From Octopus vulgaris (Eukaryota), in NCBI GenBank assembly GCA_951406725.2, contig OX597818.1:136710001-136774000 (forward strand): DNA of 64,000 nt, given 5' to 3'. This document shows, piece after piece, positions 13,641 through 26,121 of the stretch (position 1 is the stretch's first letter; the number at the start of each line of letters is the position of its first letter). Made by a program: the position numbers and the translations under genes. The notes beneath the pieces are model-generated. The model worked only from the letters and a program-made list of their open reading frames with translations. It was not told where the DNA came from and ran no database searches.

Positions 13641-13809
13641 TGATGGAGAGCAAGAAATAAGGAAGTCAATAAACTATGAAACTAGGTAAATCCAGCATAA
13701 GTGAAATAGAAAACAAAAACCCAAAAGAAAAAAACAAAAAGCAAATCAAAGGAACAACAACAACAGCAACAACAACAAAAAAGTAAAAAATTGAAACAAA
13801 ACAATTTCA

Positions 13810-14460
13810 ATGAATCATGAGTCATTGTTGGTTTCTCAGGAACCTTTTACTTCCGTATCAATCAGCATCCCCCATCTCTCTCTACCCACCGCTTGCACGA
13901 CGACGACTATATATGGCATCTGACTCATCCAGAGAAAGCAGTGAAATGGAAAAAACAACAAAAACAAACAGAAATCCATTACTCAAGCCTGAAAATGCAG
14001 TAAGGATCTTTCTCTGCCGTTTCTTTTACGATCATCAAGTGGTGTTCGACGGAATGGACACGACAGCATTTATCCGACGCTTCGTTCCAAATCCATTTTT
14101 CTGTCCCGTCACTTTCACTTTCGTTTTAAGCTTTCAAAATTGACTCACTTTCTTCTTAATGTCTTAATGGACGGTCACCGGTTTTTATGTTATTTACATA
14201 CACAAGGCTCTCACTGATTGATAAAAGCTAGTATTTACTGCCATGTGAAATGTGGTGTGTTATAATGTATATTATTTATTCACCAAGCAGCTGATTGCCC
14301 ATCAATCATCCGTTCTGTCTTGGAACCAATGAAGACAAATTTTTATGTCCTCAGGTGTACGACATTGATTTGTGTTTTTTTGGTGGATTAACTCCTGCAG
14401 TTGTTAATCGAGCGAAGGGGCCGTTATGAACACAGACTGTCTTACTGTTAAGGGGCATCC
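13810..14460. promoter_or_regulatory. Repeat-free island, candidate promoter or enhancer
   Basis: Three TGATTGAT (13857, 14215, 14301), three TGA(C/G)TCA (13818, 13921, 14141), one ETS-like CGGAAGT (13849, minus strand), locally more CpG. Confidence 0.35.
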
Positions 14461-15535
14461 AGTGTTTTAAAATACCCTAAGAACTCAAGCAAGCATCATG
14501 TGTAAAATGAGGAAAAAAAAACATACATAAAAACAAAACAAAATTGTAAAGTATAAGCAAACAAGCAAGCAGTGAAGATTCACTTTGATTTTGTACTTAT
14601 GGCTTTCTGGTCAGCTAGGCAACTGACCACTTGGGCATGAATTTGAACCTTTCTATAATTTTCTTTCTACGTGGTAAGAAGCTTGATTCTCAACCACATG
14701 GCTCTGAGTTCATTCCCACTGCATGGCACCATGGGCAAATGTCTTCTACTATAGCCTTGGGCCAATCAAAGCCTTGTGAGTGAGTGTGTGTGTGTGTGTG
14801 TGTTTGTCCACCCATCTTCACTTGACCACCAGTGTTGTCCCTGTAAATTAGTGGTTCAGCAAAAGATATCGATAGAATAAGTACTAGGCTTGAAAAAAAT
14901 AAGTCCTGGTGTAGATTTGTTCAACTAAAAGCCTTCAAGGCAGTGCTCCAGCATGGCTGGGGTAAAATGACTGTAACAAGTATGAAGGTACAAGGCCTGA
15001 AATTTTGGGAAGGGAGCTAATTTATTACATCAACCCCAATACTTGAATGGTACAGTAGTAATACCTCACTTTATGAGGACCCACTTTACGAGACCCCAGG
15101 TTTACGATTTTTATTTTGCAAGCACAAGATCCAAATTTTGAACGAAGTGCAAAAGTTTCTCCTATCATAACAAATGCTTCTGCATGTTACTGAAAAAATT
15201 TATAGAGAGTGAAAAAAAGCTTCTTCTAAGCAAACAGTTCTAGACTTCATCATCATCTTCATCATTTAGTGTCTGTTGTCCATGCTGGCATGGGTTGGAT
15301 GGTTTGATTGGGCTGGTACGCTGGAAGGCTGTACCAGGATCCAATCTGATTTGGCATGGTTTTCTACAGCTGGATGCCCTTCCTAATGCCAAACACTCCA
15401 AGAGTATAATAGGTGCTTTATGTGCCACCAGCACAGGCACCAATTACGTGACACCGGTATCTGCCACGACCACGATTTTGCTCAGCTTGATGGGTCTTCT
15501 ACTCAAGCACGACATAATGCCAAAAGTCTTGGTCA

Positions 15536-15845
15536 TTACCTCTGTGAGGCCCAACACTTGAAAGGAGCTTGGCCACTTTGCCTCCATGAGGTCCAATGCT
15601 CAAAAGGAACTTGACCCTCTTGCCTCCGTGAGGCCCATTTGAAAGGAACTCAGCCACCTCACCTCTGTGAGACCCAACACTCAAAAGGAACTCAGCCACT
15701 TTGCCTCCATGCAGCTGAGGAGCTCAGCAACTTTGCCTCAATGAGGCCCAATGCTCAAAAGGAACTCAGCCACTTTGCTTCCATGAGGCCCAAAGCTCAA
15801 AAGGAATTCAGTCACTTTGACTCCATGAGGCACAACGTTCAAGGT
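15536..15845. repeat. ~42-bp tandem array, about 7 copies
   Basis: Unit gcctccatgaggcccaatgctcaaaaggaactcagccacttt. Confidence 0.9.
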
Positions 15846-15884
15846 TGATGTGGTTTACGTGCCACAGGCACAGGTGCACTTGGC

Positions 15885-16195
15885 TTGATAGGTCCCCTTA
15901 AGCAGAGCACATCACCAAAGATCTTGGTCACTAGTCATTGCCTCTGTGAGGTTCAAAGTTTGAAGGTCATGCTTCACTGCCTCATCCCATGTCTTCCTCT
16001 ACCACAGGTCCCCTCCACAGTCAGAGATTGGCACTTCTTTACACAACTGTCCTTGTCCATATGCATCACATGACCATACCAGCACAGTTGTCTCTCTTTC
16101 ATACCACATTTGAATCCTCTTATGCCTAACTTTTCTCTTAAGATGCTTACACTCTGCTGAACATGAATACTGACATTGCACATCCAACAAAGCAA
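15885..16195 (-). pseudogene. RTE LINE ORF C-terminal fragment
   Basis: LCWMCNVS...LREKLGIRG...LCWYGHVMHMDKDSCVKKCQSLTVEGTCGRGR. Confidence 0.88.
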
Positions 16196-16384
16196 ATGTC
16201 AGTGTCTAGATTTCTTTTTTAAAAAGATCTACAAGTCTGTCTATGAGTGCTTGTGAATCAGTGATCGCATCTACTAGTGAGATGGTGTGCATGAGTCTAG
16301 TGTGAGAGAAAGTGATTCAGAAAACGATAATAATAATATCTTTTATTATAAATGATCTTGACAATCTTTTTACTTTACATAAAA

Positions 16385-16897
16385 CTAGCAGTATCGCCTG
16401 GCGTTGCTCGGGTTTGTAAGGGAAATAACTATATAAGCATTTTTAGAGAGTTACTTCCCTTATAGATGCCAATTCAGGCTTTCTTAGCCATTTCTGTTTT
16501 GGTGTCTTCAAGCCATGAAGTCGTTGTTCTAAAAGAACGCTGGTCTCCTTGACAACGCTTTACAACGTTGATTTGCTTACACTCCCTTCCCCACAGCTTC
16601 ACGAGGGAGGGAAGAAGGGGGAGAAGCAAACAGGTGCAGGTGTGACCATGGACGCCAACTCCGCCGCCATCGACACACGAAAAATTATGCATTAAAATGG
16701 AATAAAAAATGATGTTAAATTATTTTTAAAATCGTAGACTCATCGTAGACGCGTGCTAATACTCAGACGGGCTCGATATGAATCAAGACTATAAGATACC
16801 CGAATTTGGTTAAACTGCACCGCAAAATGTGGGAGGAGTTAGGAATCTAAATCGAAGGGGACAGACACTCACACAACTACAGTTTTATATATATAGA
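16385..16897 (-). mobile_element. Non-autonomous Helitron of the same family
   Basis: Reverse-complement ends match 38824-39207 (A|TC...CTAG|T). Carries an extra ~220-bp internal segment. Confidence 0.88.
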
Positions 16898-17956
16898 TAT
16901 TCTTTACATTCTACTGTTGTTTTATTGCCATTTGTTTATGAGTATTATGAATTTCACAGGTAAAATATTTTTCTGGGATTGAATTATGATTTATAACAAT
17001 GCTACTATGGGAAATCATTGCTCTGCTTTATGAGTTTCACTTTATGAGTGGTCTCCGCAAACAAATTAACCTGTATATCGAGACATTACTGTACTTGTTT
17101 TTATTGACCCCAAAAGAATGACAGGCAAAGTCAACCTCAGAATGGAAGAAATACCACCTAAGCATTTGATCTGGCATGACATAAAACAAACATTGTGCTG
17201 ACCCTTTAGGCCAGATATATTAATCTGATTGACACAGTTTGTTTAGTAAATAAAAATTTTATTATATTTCAGAAGAAAACATGCTGTAGAGTGAGACTGA
17301 ACCCAGAACTACAGAGTTTCGAACAGAACTTCTTAACCACCTGCACCACTTAGTAGCATATTGTAAGTTGTTAAGTGGTGCAGGTAGGGCTGCTCTGGTA
17401 CTGTCAAAAGTATAGGGCAATAATTTAAGGCTTTCTTTTTATCGCTCATTGTGGGGTTCTTGTATGCTAGGTGAATTTAATACGATAAATGTTGTTTTGA
17501 AGTAAAAAAAACAACATATGAACGGAAAAGATTAAAGTCAGATGTAAATTTAGAAATGAAATATTGTGTCTGTATTGTTTGATGCCGTGTCTTAGAAGAG
17601 CAATATAGCAGAAATGATAATATGGAGGAGAATGGATGGATGCATTGAAGTGTTCTGAATTTAATCAAAGAAAATCTAGAGAAATAGAGTTTCAGAATTT
17701 CTAAAATACAAAAGAAATCAGAGAACTAAGTAGTTTCCAACTTCTAGATACAAGGAAAGAAAAATAACTCTTTTCACTTTTATAGTTATAGTATGGCTTC
17801 TGTTGTATTGTTGATATATAATTTAAACTGTTTGAGGTATATTTATTCTTCCATGGAGTGCATTTTTGTGGTGCAGTGTGGCTGTGTGGAAAGAAGTTTG
17901 CTTTCCAACCATATAGCTGCAGGTTAAGTGCCACTGCATGGCACCATAGGCAAGTG

Positions 17957-18371
17957 GGATCTTTTCAGTTTGAACGGCAGTTTTTAACATAATTTCTAGG
18001 TAACTAAAAAATTTTAAACTTCGTATACTGGTAGAATGTGTTTATAAAACATCTTTTTCTCTTGGCTTTATTGAGAAAATTCTATAGTTTGTAAGATTTT
18101 GTTGTTTTTTTTCTTCAATTTCTGCAATTTCAACCAATCACTGACATTTATTGAGGTAAAAAACATTCTGTGCCATATGAATATGTCCCTCGTTTAAGAA
18201 ACAGATTGGGTTTATTTATATTTGAGAAGAAAAAAAGATACCCTTTCCCCACCCCTAACCCTAACTCTAAAACAGATCGAAATGTAATAGATCGATACTA
18301 GGGTCATAATTATGGGTGACAATTTCATATGACACCACTAGAAAAAACTGCCGTTCAAACCGAAAAGATCC
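17957..18371. mobile_element. MITE with 29-bp TIRs and 8-bp TSD (Merlin- or hAT-like)
   Basis: TIR GGATCTTTTC(A/G)GTTTGAACGGCAGTTTTT, TSD ggcaagtg at 17949-17956 and 18372-18379, inserted in a family A SINE. Confidence 0.92.
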
Positions 18372-19063
18372 GGCAAGTGTTGTCTATTATAGCCCTGGGT
18401 TGATCTAAATCCTAGTGAGTGGATTTGGTAAACAGAAACTGAAAGCTGTTCATTGAATATATAAAATATCAACATCATCAGTTAATGTCCGTTTTCTATG
18501 CTGGCATGGGTTGGACAAATATCTATGAATATATCTATATGTGAGTGTGGGTGCATGCCTTTGTGTTTATGTTTCTCCCCCACCAATGCTTAACCACTGG
18601 TTTGTTGACATCCCCACTTTGGCTTTGACAAAAGGGACTAATAAAATAAGTAGCAGGCTTAAAAAATGCACTAAAACCCTTCAAGGCGGTGCCTCAGCAT
18701 TGCGACAGTCCCATGATGAAAAGTTAAATATAGAAGATATGCTCCAAATACTAGTAACTGAGTGGAAGCCTCTATGAGGTCAATTGGTATGCAAGAAACA
18801 GGAGCTAAAACCCCCTCAAATAGAACCCTGTTGTCTCAATAATAATAATAATGGTTTCAAATTTTGGCACAAGGCCAGTAATTTCGGGAGAGGAGATTAG
18901 TCGATTACATTGACCCCAGTGCACAGTTGGTACTTATTTTCTGACCCCAAAATGATGAAAGACAAAGTCAACCTTGGCAGAATTTGAACTCAGAATGCAA
19001 TGACGGATGAAATCCTGCTAAGCATTTTGCCTGACATGCTAACGATTCACCCAGCTTGTCCCC

Positions 19064-19117
<54 letters not shown>

Positions 19118-19400
19118 GTTTCAAATTTTGGCACAAGACCACCAATCTTGGTGGGGGGAGGGGAGAAAAGTCGATTAAATCGACTCCTGTACTCAACTGG
19201 TACTTATTTCATTGACCTTGAGAGGATGAAAAGCAAAGTCAACCTCAGCAGAACTTGAATTCAGAATGCCAAGATGGACAAAATACCACTAAGCAATTTG
19301 CCCGGCCTGCTAACGATTCTGCCAGATCACTGCCCTAAATAAAAATAATAATTATTCTTAAAAATCATGTTTACCTGTAAAAGTCTTGTAAGTTTAATAT

Positions 19401-19804
19401 ACTCTTTTACTTGTTTCAGTCATTTGACTGTGGCCATGCTGGAGCACTGGCTTTAGTCGAGCAAATCGACCCCAGGACTTATTTGTTGGAAGCCTAGTGC
19501 ATATTCTATCGGTGTCTTTTGCCAAACCACTAAGTTATGGGAATGTAGACATACCACCATTGGCTGTCAAGCGATGTTGGGGGTGACAAATACAGACACA
19601 CAAATATATACACACACATACATATATATATATATACATATATACGATGGGCTTCTTTCAGTTTCCGTCTACCAAATCCACTCACAAGGCTTTGGTTGGC
19701 CCGAGGCTATAGTAGAAGAAGACACTTGCCCAAGGTGTCACACAGTGTGAATGAACCGGGAATCATGTGGTTGGTAAGCAAGCTACTTATCACACAGCCA
19801 CTAC
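19401..19804 (-). mobile_element. Family A SINE flanked by a ~70-bp direct duplication
   Basis: 19331-19400 is repeated at 19805-19878. Confidence 0.88.
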
Positions 19805-20538
19805 TGCCCTAAATAAAAAATAATAATTATTATTTTTAAAAATCATGTTTACCTGTAAAAGTCTTGTAAGTTTAATATCTTGATATGGTATTCGGTTCTG
19901 ACCACTTTGAATGGCTTAATATGAAAATTTTTCATGGAAGCTTTCAATTTAGATTAGTTTAAAACATGAATTTGTATCATAGAACCAGGGCCAGTTTCAG
20001 GCAGATTGGTATCTAAAAGATTAAAGCACCAGTCCATGACAGTAGACTTGTGGAATTGTTAGAGCATTGGACAAAATGTGTTACAGTATTTGTCCAAGTT
20101 CTTTACATTCTGGTACCCAGGTAGAAGTGAAGGATGTTGGAAGTTTCTAACCTTTCACTTGCTTCAGTCTTTCAACTACAGCCATGCTGGAGCACTGCTT
20201 TAAAGAGTTTAATTGTATAAATCATCCCTGCACCTACTCTTTAAAGTCTGGCACTTATTCTGTTGGATACTTTTGCTGTGTACTACCAAATTTGATCTCA
20301 GGACATGGCATCTTGGGCAAGTATCTTCTACCAATATTTTGTGAGACAAAATCTATGTGGCAGAGTGTTGCATATATACTTTTTTTTGTCCATGTCCTCA
20401 TTTTTATATCTATGTTTTTGTTTATAGTCTCCCCAAAAAGTCTTATTGTATTCCTTTATATCCTGTAACTTAGCACCTTTCCCAATAGAGATCAATGAAA
20501 TAAGTACCCAACTGAGACAAGTAGTGGGGTTCATATGT

Positions 20539-20756
20539 ATTTCACTACTGCCCACAAGGGGCTGAACACAGAGGGGACAAATGGATTATGTCGATTACAT
20601 CGACCCCAGTGCGTAACTGGTACTTAATTTATTGACCCCGAAAGGACGAAAGGCAAAGTTGACCTCGGTGGAATTTGAACTCAGAACGTAACAGCAAACG
20701 AAATATGGCTACGCATTTCGCCCGGCGTGCTAACGAGTCTGCCAGCTCACCGCCTT
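20539..20756 (-). mobile_element. Family B SINE nested in a family A tail
   Basis: TSD tggggttcatatg on both sides. Confidence 0.85.
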
Positions 20757-21269
20757 TGGGGTTCATATGGTCAACTAATACACCTGCATGGCCGCAGTCC
20801 AATGACTGCAGCCAGTGAAAGAATAATCAGAATTGAGACACCACCCGTATGGCATGCTGAAAATCGGTGTTATTACATTGTAACGATCACTGTAAGAAAT
20901 TCCGATGTAATCATGAAGAACAGCGATGATCTACATTTTCAAACTAGAGATCATTACAACAATAAAATTATAATTGGGGAAGAGGAGTGAAAAATGTGGT
21001 AAATGTTCTTGAAGTGGAGACAGTATCTGAATAAAGAAACAGCATGTCTTTTGGTGGAGTCAATAGAAGTTTTGGAACAAAAGAAATGAAGACTGATAAA
21101 AGAAGAAACTTAACAACATCAAGAAGAAGATAAGTAGAAGGAGAAGAGGAAATGTAATTAACATTATTGCACTCCAGACGGTTATCAATAATTTTAATAG
21201 CATTTTAGGTAATGTGAGTATGTGTGAGTATGGTGTAGTGCTTTGAAGATGTATATATGTGCATGTATG

Positions 21270-21386
21270 TGGAATAGTGCTCTGGACATTGTGTGTGTGT
21301 GTGTGTAATAGAGTCTTGGACAGATGTATATGTGTGTGTGAGTGTGTGAAATAGTGCTCTGGACATAACTGTGTGTGTGTGATGTG

Positions 21387-21418
<32 letters not shown>

Positions 21419-22345
21419 GAGTCTTGGATATATGTATATGTGTGTGTGAGTGTGTGGAATAGTGCTCTGGACATAACTGTGTGTGTGATGTGGTGTGTAT
21501 GTGTCTGGTATGTGTGTGTGTGTATGTGGTGTGTGTGAGTGCCTGCATGTATGAAACAGTGCTCTGGACAAATTTATATGTGTGTGTGAGTGTGTAGAAT
21601 TGTGCTCTGGAGATATCTGTGTGTGTGCATGTGTGTGTGGTATGCGTATGTGGGTGTGGTGTGTGCGTGGTGTGTAATAGTGCCTTAGACATATCTATGT
21701 ATATGTGTGTGTGTGTGTGGAATAGTGCCTTGGACGAATCTATGTATGTGTGTGTGTGTGTGGTATGTGTATGTGTGCGTGGTGTGTAATAGTGCCTTAG
21801 ACATATCTATATGTGTGTTAGTGTGTGGAATAGTGCCTTGGACGAATCTATGTATGTGTGTGTGTGTGTGGTATGTGTATGTGTGCGTGGTGTGTAATAG
21901 TGCCTTAGACATATCTATATGTGTGTTAGTGTGTGGAATAGTGCCTTGGACGAATCTATGTATATGTGTGTGTGTGTGGTATGTGTATGTGTGCGTGGTG
22001 TGTAATAGTGCCTTAGACATATCTATATGTGTGTTAGTGTGTGGAATAGTGCCTTGGACGAATCTATGTATATGTGTGTGTGTGTGGTATGTGTATGTGT
22101 GCGTGGTGTGTAATAGTGCCTTAGACATATCTATATGTGTGTTAGTGTGTGGAATAGTGCCTTGGACGAATCTATGTATATGTGTGTGTGTGTGGTATGT
22201 GTGTGTGTGTGTGTGTGGTATGTGTATGTGTGTGTGGTGTGTAATAGTGCCTTAGACATATCTATATGTGTGTGCATGTGTGGAATAGTGCCTTGGACAA
22301 ATCTATGTATGTGTGTGTGTGTGTGTGGAACAGTGCTCTGGACAT
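21270..22345. repeat. GT-rich satellite with 108-bp higher-order unit
   Basis: ggtgtgtaatagtgccttagac recurs at 21781, 21889, 21997 and 22105, a period of 108. Confidence 0.95.
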
Positions 22346-24779
22346 ATCTACGTACATATATGATGTGATGATGATGATGATGATGATGATGGCATGTGTG
22401 CGCGTGTGCATAGGTGAAAATTGAACTGAAGTTTATCACTTGATTAAAGCTGAATGCTACAAAATGCGCTGCATTAATAATAGATGTGAGTTCCTTGAAA
22501 AGCTTATTGTCCAATATAGCGAAATATGTTATATTGTTACATTTTCTAGTAAACATCAATAAAGAGAGCACTTAACTGATTAAACTAATCACCATAGCAA
22601 CAGACTCAAACACACACACATACACGCACACAAACACGCATTCAAATTATTAGACAGTCATTGATTTATGCTTACAATTACATACACGTACATAGTGATA
22701 TATGAGTGCAATATTGCATATACTATTATGGGCACAAGAATGGTTTCAGTTCTTATACACATGTATCCATGCAGTCTCACATATATATACACACAAGGAT
22801 GATGTGTAAATAGTTAATCATAGATATATACACAACATATTTATATATGCATATACACACTGATATTTCAAAGTAAATAACAATACAGACTAATAAGACC
22901 CATGAAAATTCTACATTTTATAAATTCTCATACTTCTATTTTCAATGCCAAAATTGATAGATTTTCAGAACATTGATTCATTATGATAAGAATCATGATT
23001 ATATCTTTGGTTCTGTTCTGTAGTTGTTTAAAGTGTAACATGCAAATATACAAACATAGAAACAAGTACAATAACTCGTGGTCAACACCAGTGCTGCCTG
23101 ACTGGCTTCTGTGCCAGTGGCACGTAAAAAGCACCCACTACACTCTTGGAGTGGTTGGCATTAGGAAAGGCATCCAGCTGTAGAAACCTCGCCAGATCAG
23201 ATTGGAGCCTGGTGCAGCCTACTGGTGTTTACCCGTGCCAGTGCTGTGTAAACACACCAGTGCTGGTGGCATGCAAAATTCACCCAGCACACTCTGTTAA
23301 GTTGTTAACATTAGGAAGGGCATCTAGCTGTAGAAACCATGCCACAACAGACAATTGGAATCTAGACAGCTCCCAGCTGGCCGGTCCCATATCCAACCAT
23401 CAAATCCCTGCTAGCAGATGTTAAATGATGATGATGAAGATGGCACATATATTCACAAACAGAAATAGACATTTGCATACATACATGCATAGACACATTT
23501 TCACTCATACATACATACATACATATATACATACACACTTACAGAAGCTAAAGCACCAGATACATACAGACATACAATGAGACACAACACACAAGCCACA
23601 GATGTGCATACATATCAACACATGTAGATATGCATCAAATACATAGATATAAGCACACACACATTCACAAACATATATAGGGACATGGACACATACACAC
23701 ATGCATAGAGACATTTGTATATACACAGACACATGCATACATTCAGACACGTGTGCATACATACTCAAATGGAGATATAGAAGTGCACACATAGCTGCAT
23801 ATAAATACCAAACCAACTGGCTATAAACACTTCAAGAATTGAGTGAATGGATTAATTTAAAGCAATAAAGCTGAGCGTTTAGATATGATAAAGGAAGAAT
23901 AATGAGAAATTTAAGAAGAGCAGTAAAAAAAATCTGCCACAACGAAACATAAATGAAAACTAATTTTATTTAAGAATTTAAGACTTAATAGGCCCTAATT
24001 GCAAATAATTGTAGTTTTAAAATGTGTTTTCTCTTCACACTTCATTGTTTAGAAAAACACTTCAGATATTTCAAGCAATCAGGCTGAAGAGAAATTGCCT
24101 GTTGTTGCTGCTGTTATTATTATTATTATTATTATTATTGAGGAGGCAGTGAGCTGGCAGAATTGTTAGTATGCTGGAGGAAATGCTTAGCAGTATTTCA
24201 CCTGTTGCTATGTTCTGAGTTCAAATTCCACTGAGGTTGACTTTGCCTTTTATTCTTTCAGGATCAATAAATTAAGTACCAGTTGTGTACTGGGGTTTAA
24301 TGTAATTGATTAGGTTCCTGCCCACCAAATTTTAGGCCTTGTGCCTTCGGTAAAAAGGAGTATTATTATTACCGAGAAGGTGGTGAACTGGCTCAATTGT
24401 TTGAGTATCAGAAAGAATGCTTTGCAGTATTTGTTGTGGTTCTTTACATTCTGAGTTCAAATTCTGTTGAGGTCAAGTTTGCCTTTATATCCTTTTGGGG
24501 TTGGTATAATAAAGTGCTGGTTAAATACAAGGGTTAAGAGTATCTATTTCTTTACTACCCACAAGGGGCTAAACACAGAGGGGACAAACAAGGACAGACA
24601 AATGGATTAAGTCGATTAGATCGATCCCAGTGCGTAACTGGTACTTATTTAATCGATCCCGAAAGGATGAAAGGCAAAGTCGACCTCGGCGGAATTTGAA
24701 CTCAGAGTCGACCTCGGTTGAGAGTATCAGTTAACCCTCGCCCTTAGATATTAGAAACAATTAGCAATACTGTTTTTGT

Positions 24780-24817
<38 letters not shown>

Positions 24818-25607
24818 GAAGAAGAAGAAGAAGAAGGGGAATCCTTTCTACTAAAAGCACAAGGCCTGAAATTTGTAGGGAGGGGACTAATTGATTACAT
24901 TGACCCCAGAGTTTCAATGTACTTAATTTATCGACCCTGAAAGGTTGAAAGGCAAAGTTGGCACTGCATGTATGACAGTGACAATCATTTACAGCTATCA
25001 CACAACGTCAAGATAAGAATACACACATCTATATATATATATAAGAACGAAGAACACATTTTACTAAATTTTGTACGACTTTTTCAACCTTTTCACGCTT
25101 ATTCGTTCATTCCACTCTTCGTTCTTTCTTTCCCCCTCTCTCACATTTCACTTTACTATGTCCCTGTCATTTTTTCTCGCCCCCTCCTTAATTCTTCTGT
25201 CCATCTGCTTCTACAACTCTCTCTCTTCTCTTCTCCCTCCTTAATTCTTTTGTTCCTATTTTTCTCTCTCTTCTCTTCTCAGACTGCTAGTCCTTTTTGC
25301 ATCTGACTTCGGTCACTGTTACATCGATATTCTTCCCTGTTTGTGAAAGTTTTGTACCTCTGCCATAAGGCTTCATTTCCACACACACCAGCTGAATTCA
25401 ATTCATCCCCAGTCGAAAGATACCTGTTCTTATGTCCTGTTATTATTATTATTATTTTTTATTGTATTTTGTATTTATATTCATGTAACATCGTCTGTTT
25501 TTCTGTCCTTGTTTTCATATATATTCGATGCTTTCTTCCAAGGAATCTAATGCTCCTAGCTTAGTTTTTCCTTGGGGCTGACCAGATTGGAGCAATCTCA
25601 AGATTAA

Positions 25608-25762
25608 TCAGTCAAAATTGCAAGGATGATCCGGTTCTTGACTGAGGATAGAAAGCTTTGAATGCCCCATCCTTGTTTTTTATATCATCCATCTGTATGT
25701 TTTGTTGTCCCTTTTTGTATTACCTAGTTGTCCAGATGTTTTGCATTCTTGTCCCATTTTTG

Positions 25763-25815
<53 letters not shown>

Positions 25816-25980
25816 TAAAATACAAAGTGGGACAAGAATGCAAAACATCCAGACAGTTAGGTGATACAAAAAGGGGACAACAAAACATCCAGATAGACGA
25901 TACAAAGAAAACAAGGACGGGTCATTTGGAGTTTTCTTTCCTCAGTCGAGTTCCAGATTATCTTTGCAATTTCGGCTGGA
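25608..25980. repeat. ~165-bp inverted repeat around a (TA)n spacer
   Basis: 25608-25770 aligns with the reverse complement of 25818-25980. Confidence 0.9.
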
Positions 25981-26083
25981 TATACATATATATATATAAA
26001 TATATATATACACATATATATATAAACACATATATATATATACATATTGTGAAGTATATCTGCCACCTAAATGTGGCTGACCC

Positions 26084-26121
<38 letters not shown>

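Larger units (their letters stand above)
15053..17091. mobile_element. Tigger/pogo-like MITE expanded by nested insertions
   Basis: TA-cagtagtaatacctc...gagacattactg-TA. The host family B SINE sequence (..tggTA|cttgttttt..) resumes exactly after it. Confidence 0.75.

Noticed and set aside
12775-13689. Long Pro/Thr/Val-rich ORFs
   Set aside because: Products of trinucleotide and polypurine low-complexity tracts.
21669-22290. Regularly spaced repeats resembling a CRISPR array
   Set aside because: Spacers are identical GT-rich sequence, the context is eukaryotic, and there are no cas genes.
25636-25670. CTGAGGA motifs in the inverted repeat arms (also 37085-37125 minus, 2568-2600, 9664-9690)
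   Set aside because: No stem II followed by GAAA and NUH in the right arrangement.
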